NCBI GenBank assembly: GCA_016716505.1
Contig: JADJWF010000007.1
Span: 91-64,090 of the forward strand
Length of the DNA stretch: 64,000 bases
Direction of reading: 5' to 3'
Source: Verrucomicrobiota bacterium
Lineage (GTDB): Bacteria > Verrucomicrobiota > Verrucomicrobiia > Limisphaerales > J093
Shown: piece after piece, positions 17,064 to 25,811 of the stretch
Numbering within the stretch: the stretch's first letter is position 1
How the letters are laid out: every line of letters begins with the position of its first letter
Notes under the pieces: model-generated
What the model was told of the DNA's origin: nothing
Seen by the model: the letters and a program-made list of their open reading frames with translations, nothing else
The model's database searches: none
Made by a program: the position numbers and the translations under genes

Positions 17064-19402
17064 CTACCGATGATGTGCCCGGCATCGCTGATGGCGGCGG
17101 CGCTGGTCAGCACCCAGCCCGAAGGCGCCAAGCTGGTGAGATCCTTGAGATTGGCCCAGCCCGGCTGCCAGAGGTAGGCGCGGTAGGCGCCGCTGGTGTT
17201 CTGGGCGCTGCCCACCACCTGCGCACAGCCGTTCACCCCGTAGGCGTAACTGCGCCAAGTGCCGGTGGGCGTCTGGCCGATGAACCCGGGCAGTTCATGG
17301 GACGGGGCCAGTTGGTACACGTCGGGCGGGACGAGGAAGGCGCGCTGGTAATCGGTACCGGCAATTCGCTTGTGCGCCCAGCCAACTGTGCCTGAAGCAT
17401 CATGCACATCCCAAGCCTCGCTGGAGGTTCCGCCAAACGCCCCGAGTGGCTCAATTAAGGCAAAGCTCGACTCGTCGGGCCGTGACGTGAACCCCACCCA
17501 CGTCCCGCCCGCGGTGAAGACTGCCTTGCCGCAGATGCGCTTGCGCCCACTCAAAGCGTAGGCCTGGGCCTTGCCACCCCCCGGCGCGCCGATTTCGTTA
17601 CAATACCAGTTCCCGGACCAAGGATCGTAATCCCAGCGGAGCACCCGCGGCTTGCCGCCCTGGAAGGAGAAGCCCACCATGGTGTTGTCCGTGCTGATGT
17701 CGCGGGCCTCGCCGCTGGTGTAGCCCGACGGCAGCGGAAGCGCTTGCGGCGTAGCGTTGATCGAAGTCCAGACGATCGGGCCGTCAACACTCCCGTAGGT
17801 GGAGTGCCCCACGACGATCCCGGCCAGGTTCAGGTTCCGCGCCCACTGGCGAGGGATGGCCGTGGCATACGTGCCGAGCACCTGCGGCGAGCCGCTGCCG
17901 TACCAGTACGCCCCGTACCACTCCTGGGGCAGGGAGTAGTAGGGCCAGCCCGGGCGGCCGTGCGCATAGCCCACCACCCGGCCCATGGCGTCCACGCTGA
18001 AGGCACCCTGGGATTCCGCCACCCCCTCGGGGAACGGCCCCAACTCCAGGAGTTGGTAAGGATACGTGCGGGCCTTGTGCTGCCGGCGGTTCCCACAGCC
18101 CAGCGTTGGCCAGTCGCCGGGCATGGAGGGGCTGCCGGAGGTCAGCTTGTACACGGCGCCCGAGTCGGTGTCCGGGTTGGCGTCGGCCAGGTAGGTGGTG
18201 CCGGAACCGTCGGCCCGGATGAGCACCCCGCCCAGGAAGTCGCCGAACTCTTGGTTCGGGTGGCCGCCCCAATACGTCGCCGCCCAGTCCGCGTTGCCAT
18301 CGCGTTGCGGGAAGACCTTGAAAGCCATGATGGAACGCTCGCCTCCCTCGCCGCGGGAGGTGCCGACGATCACGAGACCGTTGCGGTTGAGCGCGGGGGT
18401 TTGGCAGAGCTTGCCCTTGGTGAAGATCCCTTCAATAAACTGTCCTGAGGCGCCATCGAACAAATAGAGCATGGAGTGGTACGCAGGTACGATCACCCGG
18501 CCGCTCTGGTCGAGAGCCAGCCCGGCGATCACGCCGGGTTCCAAGTCGTCAAGCGGTCCGCTGAACCAGGCGGTTTTCTCGACCGCGTTGTTCTGGTTGG
18601 CGGGCTCGCGGTTGGGGTCAATGGCGTAAAGGTGCGAAAAGGTGACCGTGGTGGTGCGGGTGGCCACATAGATCCAGCCGTTTTCGCCGATGGCCGGCGC
18701 GGACTCCACCGGCTCGCCACCCTCAGAGAGTCCTGATTGGTTGAGGGCCACCTTCCAGACTGTCGTCCCACTGAGCGGTTCCAAGCGGTAAAGGCGGCCA
18801 TCGGCCGATCCCACATAAACTCCGCCGTCCAGACCCACCACCGGAGTGGATGACCACGGCGTCGGATGAACTGCAGAAGTCGGCAGGCCGCCCAGATTTC
18901 CCGTGTTTTGCCGCCAACGAAGTGTGCCGCTTACCGCATTTAACGAATAGGTGTAACCATCATTGGCCTGGAAGTAGAGGGCTTCCTCAGTCCCGCCGCC
19001 GGCCTTGGGGGCGACTGGGTCGTAGGCGATGCCCGAACGCACTTCGCAATTGGTCTGCCCGGAAGGTAGGGTGTATTGCCAAATCATACGGTTCATGGCA
19101 CTTGCCGCCGTGTCCAGGCAGAAGACCTTGCCCTGGTCGGTACCCACGTACAGGCGCGTGCCCGCGCTGTTGATGGTCGGCACCATGCGCATGTTGCCCG
19201 GTTTACCGGCAGAATCACTGTTCCAGCTCCACCGGACGCCGCCGTTGGCCTCCAAGGAAATCACTTGAGAATAGGTCCAACTGCCGTTGATGAACCGGGC
19301 CAAGGTGGTGAAGTACAAGTTTGAACCATCACCCGGCAGCCCGCCCCAAACGGGGCCGGCCGCTTCATAAATGCGGGAGATCGCGGGAGGTGGAGCGGCC
19401 AA
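17006..19402 (-). CDS. large secreted protein: N-terminal PQQ-like propeller region plus C-terminal HAF-type extracellular repeats
   Basis: 798 codons. The C-terminal half has repeats of the type AYGVNGCAQVVGSAQNTSGAYRAYLW...AAAISDAGHIIGSG. The track start at 19402 is a TTG inside an apparent signal peptide. The likely real start is ATG 19517, in another frame (see finding). Confidence 0.8.
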   Translation of the reverse strand: MAAPPPAISRIYEAAGPVWGGLPGDGSNLYFTTLARFINGSWTYSQVISLEANGGVRWSWNSDSAGKPGNMRMVPTINSAGTRLYVGTDQGKVFCLDTAASAMNRMIWQYTLPSGQTNCEVRSGIAYDPVAPKAGGGTEEALYFQANDGYTYSLNAVSGTLRWRQNTGNLGGLPTSAVHPTPWSSTPVVGLDGGVYVGSADGRLYRLEPLSGTTVWKVALNQSGLSEGGEPVESAPAIGENGWIYVATRTTTVTFSHLYAIDPNREPANQNNAVEKTAWFSGPLDDLEPGVIAGLALDQSGRVIVPAYHSMLYLFDGASGQFIEGIFTKGKLCQTPALNRNGLVIVGTSRGEGGERSIMAFKVFPQRDGNADWAATYWGGHPNQEFGDFLGGVLIRADGSGTTYLADANPDTDSGAVYKLTSGSPSMPGDWPTLGCGNRRQHKARTYPYQLLELGPFPEGVAESQGAFSVDAMGRVVGYAHGRPGWPYYSLPQEWYGAYWYGSGSPQVLGTYATAIPRQWARNLNLAGIVVGHSTYGSVDGPIVWTSINATPQALPLPSGYTSGEARDISTDNTMVGFSFQGGKPRVLRWDYDPWSGNWYCNEIGAPGGGKAQAYALSGRKRICGKAVFTAGGTWVGFTSRPDESSFALIEPLGAFGGTSSEAWDVHDASGTVGWAHKRIAGTDYQRAFLVPPDVYQLAPSHELPGFIGQTPTGTWRSYAYGVNGCAQVVGSAQNTSGAYRAYLWQPGWANLKDLTSLAPSGWVLTSAAAISDAGHIIGSGTKNGASRQWLMVPTPQE

Positions 19403-19444
19403 GGCCGCGTGCCACAGCAGAGCGCAGCCAATCAGGAGCGCTGC

Positions 19445-19452
19445 GGGGGGGG
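19445..19452. other. G8 (C8 on coding strand) homopolymer at the frame junction of the 798-aa gene
   Basis: Read directly from the sequence: ctgc-gggggggg-ttaaac. Confidence 0.95.
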
Positions 19453-19837
19453 TTAAACAAGCGGACGCCGTTACGGCGGGTCCGCTCCGGAGAGGGGATT
19501 AAAACTGCGCCTTTCATAGGTGTATTTTCAGTGTTCCTCGGCCGGCCCGACCTGTCAACCGTGATCATCGTCCCGCCAAACGCTGGGTAGTGTTTGTCAA
19601 TTGTGAGTTGGGGTGGGGAGATCAAGGCGGGTTGGGTTTGAGGTAAAATTGGGGTTTGGCATCCCCTCCCATTCCCCAACGCTGGCTTGCCGCGGTTCAC
19701 CCGCCTCTGGTCCCGAAAGGCCGGTCGGCACAGTGGCCGTTTGGCGCTCTTGTTGCCTTCCGAACTTCAGCTCTCAAGTTCGCGGGCGGGAAATGTCCCT
19801 TGAAAGCCCCCATCCCTTTCCCTAGCTTGGACTCGTC

Positions 19838-20131
19838 GTGAGTCAGGATGTTCCAGCCACCGGCTGCCCGCCGATCGAAGATCGGCCGCCGTGTTGTCCC
19901 CTCAGCAAGGTGCGCGAGGGTACTTCTGTGCGCATCAAGCAGTTGCTGGCCTCCCCGGATGTCTGCCAGCGCCTGCGGGAGTTGGGGCTGTGTGAGGAGC
20001 AGAGTATCCGCTGCGTCCTGCGCAGTCACAGCGTGGTCTGCCAGGTCTGCAACATGCGCCTGGGCCTCAGTTCCGAACTGGCGGACTCGATCTGGGTGGA
20101 ACCCCTCAAGACGGCGCAACACGCCGCGTGA
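19838..20131 (+). CDS. feoA: FeoA-family ferrous iron transport protein (with a Cys-rich N-terminal extension)
   Basis: GTG start. PLSKVREGTSVRIKQLLASPDVCQRLRELGLCEEQSIRCV...LGLSSELADSIWVE matches the FeoA SH3-like pattern. Confidence 0.8.
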   Translation: MSQDVPATGCPPIEDRPPCCPLSKVREGTSVRIKQLLASPDVCQRLRELGLCEEQSIRCVLRSHSVVCQVCNMRLGLSSELADSIWVEPLKTAQHAA

Positions 20132-20133
20132 CC

Positions 20134-20376
20134 ATGCCCTCCGCTGTTCTGGCCTTGACCTCTCTGGCAGCGGGTCAGTCGGCCGCTGTCACCGAACTGC
20201 GTCTCCCGCCCGAAACCCGCGCCCGGCTTCAGGAACTCGGCCTGGTGGTGGGAACGGCCGTTCAACTCGTGCGCTTTGCCCCGCTGGGGGACCCGGTGGA
20301 AATCCACGTGCGGGGCTCCAACCTCTCGCTTCGCCGCCATGAGGCGGAGCAGATCTTTGTGGAGGCGGCCCCTTGA
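20134..20376 (+). CDS. feoA: FeoA-family protein (second copy)
   Basis: MPSAVLALTSLAAGQSAAVTELRLPPETRARLQELGLVVGTAVQLVRFAPLGDPVEIHVRGSNLSLRRHEAEQIFV. GTG at 20128 is an alternative start. Confidence 0.8.
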   Translation: MPSAVLALTSLAAGQSAAVTELRLPPETRARLQELGLVVGTAVQLVRFAPLGDPVEIHVRGSNLSLRRHEAEQIFVEAAP

Positions 20377-20520
20377 GCAGGCGCGAATGGGTTCACCCAC
20401 CGGCTCGCGGCCGTGCCTCCCAGCCCGGCGCGGTCGGGGCAGGCCGATTCTCCCGCCGTCCAAGGCCGGCGGATTGACACGCCGCCAGCCGCCCGGTCGC
20501 CACTCGCCCCGGTTTCAGCC

Positions 20521-22875
20521 ATGCCGGCACCCGTAACGATCAACGACCCTGCCACCGCCGCTCCCGCCACCGAGACGCGCGCCCGGCTGGTCGTGCTGAC
20601 CGGCAATCCCAACTGCGGCAAGACCACCGTCTTCAACGCTTTGACGGGGCTGCGCGCGCGTGTCGGCAACTACGCCGGGGTGACCGTCGAACGCAAGGAA
20701 GGCCGGTTGCTGGGCGCACCTGCGGACCGCCCAGTGACGATCCTCGACCTGCCCGGCACTTACAGCCTCAGCCCCCAGTCGCCGGACGAGCAAATCGCCC
20801 GCGACGTGCTGCTCCAGCGGCTGCCCGATGTGCCGCCCCCCGACCTCGTGGTGCTGGTGGTGGACGCCTCGAACCTTGAACGCAATCTCTACTTCGCCAC
20901 CCAGGTCATCGAGTTGGGCTATCCCACCGTGGTCGCGCTGAACATGACCGACGTGGCGCAGACGCACGGCCACCACGTCAACGCGCCGGCCCTCGCCCGC
21001 GAATTGGGCGTTCCGGTCTTCCCGCTCGTCGCCAACCGCCGCGACGGCATCAGTCCGCTGCGCGAGCACCTCTTGCGCGCAACCAGCGCGACGCCCCTAG
21101 TGCCGTCGCCAATCGCCATGACGAGGCCCGGCCTGCCGCCCGCCATGCAGCGAGAGGTGGCGGATCTCGAACGACGCCTGCTCGCGTTGTCGCCCGCGCG
21201 GGCCCGACTGGCGCCCACCGAAGCGCTGCTGCTGTTGACCGACGAGCGCAACCTCGCCCACAACGCACAAGCTGGCGGTCCGGCGCTGACCGAGGCCGTG
21301 CTTGCCGCCCGGGCGAGGCTGGACGCCGCGGGGGTGGACTGGCGCAGCGCCCCCATCGAGAGCCGTTACGCGCTAGCCTCCGCGATTCACCAGCGGGTGG
21401 TCACCGAAACCCCGGTCGCCGGCGACACGTTCAGCGATCGCCTGGACCGCATCGTCACCCACCGCGTCTGGGGCAGCCTCATCTTCCTCGGCGTGATGGC
21501 GCTGATGTTCCAGAGCATCTTCCAGTTCGCCCGGTTCCCGATGGAAGCCCTCGAACACGGCGTGGCCTGGGTCGGCGAACGGGTGGCCGGCCTGCTCCCT
21601 GCCGGCGATCTCCAGAGTCTGCTGGTGGACGGCGTTATCGCGGGTGTCGGGGCGGTCATCGTGTTCCTGCCGCAGATCTGCCTGCTCTTCCTGTTCATCG
21701 GCCTGCTCGAAGACACCGGCTACATGGCGCGCGCCGCCTTCCTGATGGACCGCTTGATGAGCAAGGTGGGCCTGCACGGCAAAAGCTTCATCCCGATGCT
21801 GAGTTCGTTCGCCTGCGCCATCCCCGGGATCCTCTCCACCCGCACCATCGAAAGTCCGCGCGACCGGTTGGTCACCATCCTGATTGCGCCTCTCATGAGC
21901 TGTTCCGCGCGCCTGCCGGTGTACACCCTGCTCATCGCCGCGTGCATTCCGGAGATCCGGGTCCTGGGGTTTTTCAAACTGCCCGGCCTGACCATGCTGG
22001 GGATGTACCTGCTCGGCATCACGGTGGCCCTCATCTCGGCGTGGGTCCTTAAAAAAACCCTGCTGCGCGGCGAGACCCCGTTGCTGATCATGGAGCTGCC
22101 GCCCTACAAGCGCCCTTCCCTCCGAGCGCTGGCCCGACACATCTGGGACCGCGCCAACCAGTTTCTCCGCAACGCCGGGACCATCATCCTCGCCATCAAT
22201 ATCGTCCTCTGGGCGCTGGCCACCTACCCACGCAGTGCGCAATTGGCCGCTGAATACGACGCCCGGCGGGTGAGCCTGGCGCAACAACTCGACCCCACCG
22301 TGGACACGCCCGCTGCCGCCGCCGACACCATCGCCAGGCTGCGCGCGACCCCGCCCCTGCCGACTGGCGATGCCCCCGCCGCCCCCACGGCGGCGGCAGA
22401 CCTGCTTGAGCAATGGACGGCCCTCGACCGCGAGGAGGCCGGGGCGCGCCTGCGAAACAGCTTCGCCGGCCGGCTGGGCCGGGTGATCGAGCCCGTTATC
22501 GCGCCGCTCGGTTTCGACTGGAAGATTGGCATCGGCATCGTGTCCTCGTTTGCTGCGCGCGAGGTGTTCGTGAGCACCATGTCCGTGGTGTACAACCTGG
22601 GCAGCGCCGATGCCGACGAGGCCGTGCGGACGCTGGCCGAGACCTTGCGCGACCAGCGTCGCCCCGACGGCCGTCCCGTGTACTCCACCCTGACCGGCCT
22701 GACCCTGATGGTCTTTTACGTGCTCGCGTTGCAATGCGTCAGCACGGTCGTGGTCGTGCGCCGGGAAACCCTGGGCTGGCGCTGGCCGCTGTTTCAGTGG
22801 GCCTACATGGGCGCGCTGGCCTGGCTGTTTGCCTTCGCCACGTTCCGCCTGGGACGTTTGTTTGGGCTGGAGTGA
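20521..22875 (+). CDS. feoB: ferrous iron transporter B
   Basis: ATG at 20521. G-domain LVVLTGNPNCGKTTVFNALTG...NYAGVTVE followed by a polytopic membrane domain, 784 aa. The track start at 20413 is GTG. Confidence 0.92.
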   Translation: MPAPVTINDPATAAPATETRARLVVLTGNPNCGKTTVFNALTGLRARVGNYAGVTVERKEGRLLGAPADRPVTILDLPGTYSLSPQSPDEQIARDVLLQRLPDVPPPDLVVLVVDASNLERNLYFATQVIELGYPTVVALNMTDVAQTHGHHVNAPALARELGVPVFPLVANRRDGISPLREHLLRATSATPLVPSPIAMTRPGLPPAMQREVADLERRLLALSPARARLAPTEALLLLTDERNLAHNAQAGGPALTEAVLAARARLDAAGVDWRSAPIESRYALASAIHQRVVTETPVAGDTFSDRLDRIVTHRVWGSLIFLGVMALMFQSIFQFARFPMEALEHGVAWVGERVAGLLPAGDLQSLLVDGVIAGVGAVIVFLPQICLLFLFIGLLEDTGYMARAAFLMDRLMSKVGLHGKSFIPMLSSFACAIPGILSTRTIESPRDRLVTILIAPLMSCSARLPVYTLLIAACIPEIRVLGFFKLPGLTMLGMYLLGITVALISAWVLKKTLLRGETPLLIMELPPYKRPSLRALARHIWDRANQFLRNAGTIILAINIVLWALATYPRSAQLAAEYDARRVSLAQQLDPTVDTPAAAADTIARLRATPPLPTGDAPAAPTAAADLLEQWTALDREEAGARLRNSFAGRLGRVIEPVIAPLGFDWKIGIGIVSSFAAREVFVSTMSVVYNLGSADADEAVRTLAETLRDQRRPDGRPVYSTLTGLTLMVFYVLALQCVSTVVVVRRETLGWRWPLFQWAYMGALAWLFAFATFRLGRLFGLE

Positions 22876-22932
22876 TCGGTCCGCCGGGCCGGTTGACTTG
22901 TCGGCTCCCGCTTCTCAGATTCGTCTTCCGCC

Positions 22933-25068
22933 GTGATCAGTGTCATCGAGCCCATTCCTGCCGGCGCCGCCAACCTGGTTGACCGGGTGCGGCATATCTT
23001 TTCGCCGGAAGGACTGCTCGCGCAGGCGAAGAATTTCGAGTTCCGGCCCCAACAGCAGCAGATGGCCGTGGCCGTGGCGGAGGCGCTGTTGAACCAACAG
23101 CACCTCGCCGTCGAGGCCGGCACCGGCGTGGGCAAGAGCCTGGCCTATCTGGTGCCGGCCATCCTGTACGCCGTGGCCGAGGGCAAAAAGGCGGTGATCT
23201 CCACGCACACGATCAACCTGCAGGAGCAACTCACCGAAAAAGACCTGCCGCTTTTGGCGCGGATTCTCCCCGTGCGCTTCAGCTTCACGATGCTCAAGGG
23301 CCGGCAGAATTACCTCTGCACCCGCCGCCTCCAGAAGGCCATCCAACAGGCCGACAGCTTGTTCACGGGACCCGAGCAGAAGGAGCTGGAGCGCATCTAT
23401 GAGTGGTCCAGGACGACGCGCGACGGCAGCCTGTCGGACTTCGAGACCGAACCGGACCCAAAGGTCTGGGCGCAGGTCTGCTCGGAGCGCGGGCTGTGTT
23501 CGCCCAAGAAGTGCGGCCACCAATCCGAGTTCATCAAGGCCGGCGGGCAACCGTGCTTTTTTCAGGAGGTGCGCAGCCGAATCCTCTCCGCCGATGTCCT
23601 GGTGTTGAACCACACGCTGTTCTTCCTGCACCTCGGCGGCCTTGACGAGGAGGTGGACGGCGGGGTGCTGTTCAAGAACGATTTCGTGGTCTTCGACGAA
23701 GCCCACACGCTCGAACAGGTCGCCGCCCGGCACATCGGGGTGAGCGTCTCCAGCGGGCAGCTTCGGTTCAACCTGCAACGCCTCTGGAACGAGAAGACCG
23801 GCAAGGGGCTGCTGGCCACGCTGCGTCAGGGCAAGGCGGTGGGGCTGGTCTCCGAAGCGTACAGCAAGAGCACCGAGTTCTTCGCGGCCGTGGAGCAGGC
23901 TTGTGAAGCCCTGGCCCGTCAGCGCGGCGACCGGGAGGCCCACGCCACACCACGAAGCCGCGGCCGCGAGGAGGCCGAGTCGGCACCGCGCGGTCGCTCC
24001 TGGTCTGAACTGCGGATCCGCCGTCCCGAACTGGTGGAGGACACGCTCACCCTGTCCCTGCAACGGGTGCGGGAGTCGGTGAGCGAACTGATCAAGCTGA
24101 CCGAGGACAGCGACACCGGCAGCGAACTGATGGAGTGCAACCGCCGGCTGGCGGAATTGCGCGACGCGATCGCCACGTTTCTCAGCCAGTCCGAGGACGA
24201 CCACGTCTATTGGGTCGAGCGCGGCGGGCGGGCCCAGCAAAACCTCACCCTCAACGCGGCGCCCGTGGACGTGGCGAATTTCCTGCGCCGGCGGCTTTTC
24301 GGCAGCGACACCTCGGTGATCCTGACCAGTGCGACGCTCGGGATGGACATTCGTCATTTGGGCCGGCCCTGCAAGGCGCAGCCGGGGCGCCGCGATGGCC
24401 TGAACTATTTCGCCCACCGGGTGGGCGCCGAGGAAGCCACGCTGCTGCAGGTGGGTTCGCCCTTCGACTACGCGCGGCAGATGCGGCTCTACGTGGTGGG
24501 CAAGATGCCGGACCCGCGAGAGCCCAGCTACCGCGCGGCCCTGGTCCACTGGATCGAGCACTTCATCCGGCAGACCCACGGCAAGGCGTTTGTCCTCTTC
24601 ACAAACACGCGATTGATGCAGGAGCTTGGGGCGGAGATGGCGCCGTTCTTTGCCCGGCTGGGCCTCGAGTGCTTCGTGCAGGGCACCGGCACGCCGCGCT
24701 CCCTGATGCTCGAAAAGTTCAAGCAGGACGTGGATTCCGTCCTGTTCGGCACCGAGAGCTTCTGGCAGGGCGTGGACGTGCCCGGCGAGGCGCTCAGCAA
24801 CGTGATCATCACCCGCCTGCCCTTCGCCGTGCCGGATCACCCGCTGATCGAGGCCCGCATCGAACAGATCGAAGCGCGCGGCGGCAACGCCTTCGCGGAC
24901 TTCTCCCTGCCCGAGGCGGTCCTCAAATTCCGGCAAGGGGTCGGGCGCTTGATCCGCACGAAAACGGACACGGGGATCATTGTCGTCCTCGACAATCGCG
25001 TCCTCACCAAGCGCTACGGACAGGCCTTTCTGGACGCGATTCCCCAGTGCCCGGTGGAGATTGTGTGA
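22933..25068 (+). CDS. dinG: ATP-dependent DNA helicase, DinG/Rad3-like
   Basis: GTG start. FEFRPQQQQMAVAVAEAL...AVEAGTGVGKSLAYLVPA (Walker A), VVFDEAH (DEAH box), and a C-terminal helicase domain ...GRLIRTKTDTGIIVVLD. Confidence 0.88.
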   Translation: MISVIEPIPAGAANLVDRVRHIFSPEGLLAQAKNFEFRPQQQQMAVAVAEALLNQQHLAVEAGTGVGKSLAYLVPAILYAVAEGKKAVISTHTINLQEQLTEKDLPLLARILPVRFSFTMLKGRQNYLCTRRLQKAIQQADSLFTGPEQKELERIYEWSRTTRDGSLSDFETEPDPKVWAQVCSERGLCSPKKCGHQSEFIKAGGQPCFFQEVRSRILSADVLVLNHTLFFLHLGGLDEEVDGGVLFKNDFVVFDEAHTLEQVAARHIGVSVSSGQLRFNLQRLWNEKTGKGLLATLRQGKAVGLVSEAYSKSTEFFAAVEQACEALARQRGDREAHATPRSRGREEAESAPRGRSWSELRIRRPELVEDTLTLSLQRVRESVSELIKLTEDSDTGSELMECNRRLAELRDAIATFLSQSEDDHVYWVERGGRAQQNLTLNAAPVDVANFLRRRLFGSDTSVILTSATLGMDIRHLGRPCKAQPGRRDGLNYFAHRVGAEEATLLQVGSPFDYARQMRLYVVGKMPDPREPSYRAALVHWIEHFIRQTHGKAFVLFTNTRLMQELGAEMAPFFARLGLECFVQGTGTPRSLMLEKFKQDVDSVLFGTESFWQGVDVPGEALSNVIITRLPFAVPDHPLIEARIEQIEARGGNAFADFSLPEAVLKFRQGVGRLIRTKTDTGIIVVLDNRVLTKRYGQAFLDAIPQCPVEIV

Positions 25069-25811
25069 TGCCCCCGAGCGCGCCCCGGCAGCCGGCTGCG
25101 ACCGGTCCGGCGTCCCAGGGGTTGCCGCCCGCGAGCGGACGACCCCGGGTGGGCTGGCGGAGTTGGTGGACGGTCCTCGGCGCGGTTCTGGCGGTGGCAC
25201 TAAGCGGGAGCGCCTGGTGGTGGGCGACTGCTCCTCCGCCCGGCGTCTCGCGGGAGGTGGCCGGGCTGATTCATGACCTGCAACGTCGCCCCGCCGTGCA
25301 TCAACGTTTGGCCGTCCGCGTCGTCGGGTGGATTCATCCTACGGCGCCGCGCTGGCTCCCGCGCTTCCTCCAGGCCGACCGGGCGGATCTCAAGCGACTC
25401 GAGGCGTGCCACCGTTTGATTGCCCTCGGCCCGGCCACGCGGCCGGCCGCCCCGCAACTGGCGCGGGCCTTCGCTCACCCGGACCCGACGACCGCGTTCT
25501 ACGCCTTCCTCGTTCTGGTCCACAGCACGGCGCCGGCAGCCACGGTCGTGACCCTCGCCCGGGAAGCTTGGGCGTCCGCAGCGGGGCCGGTGTTCTTCTA
25601 CGCCGGGCTGCTCACAACCGAGGACGAGCGCCTGCGCGATTTTGCCTGGGAGTGCCTGGAAGCCGCGGGGGAAGATGCCTTGGTCGTCGCCGAGCGACTG
25701 CGCGAACTCGCGGCCGAAGGCGACCCAGCGATCCGCGATCGGGCGCGCCGATTGCTGCGCCGCCTCGGCCAGGAGCCCAACGCTGCTTCGCCCGAACTTC
25801 GGCGCCTGTGA
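25068..25811 (+). CDS. membrane-anchored HEAT/ARM-like repeat protein
   Basis: ATG at 25068 overlaps the dinG stop (TGATG). One TM helix (WWTVLGAVLAVALSGSAWWW), then helical repeats. The upstream part of track ORF 24135..25811 is out of frame over dinG. Confidence 0.65.
   Translation: MPPSAPRQPAATGPASQGLPPASGRPRVGWRSWWTVLGAVLAVALSGSAWWWATAPPPGVSREVAGLIHDLQRRPAVHQRLAVRVVGWIHPTAPRWLPRFLQADRADLKRLEACHRLIALGPATRPAAPQLARAFAHPDPTTAFYAFLVLVHSTAPAATVVTLAREAWASAAGPVFFYAGLLTTEDERLRDFAWECLEAAGEDALVVAERLRELAAEGDPAIRDRARRLLRRLGQEPNAASPELRRL

Noticed and set aside
19520-19837. Fur box, promoter or G-quadruplex upstream of feoA (ttgtcaattgtgag; GGGG-T-GGGG-N10-GGG-TT-GGG)
   Set aside because: There is no 19-bp Fur-like dyad. 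The caattg core is only 6 bp. G-runs are common in this GC-rich genome and the central loop is long. This is not enough to support a call.
22915-25200. 761-aa minus-strand ORF covering the whole dinG gene
   Set aside because: It is antisense to a helicase gene that has clear Walker A and DEAH motifs. Its translation is Arg/Ala/Gly/Pro-rich with no motifs. Long stop-free antisense frames are expected in high-GC DNA.
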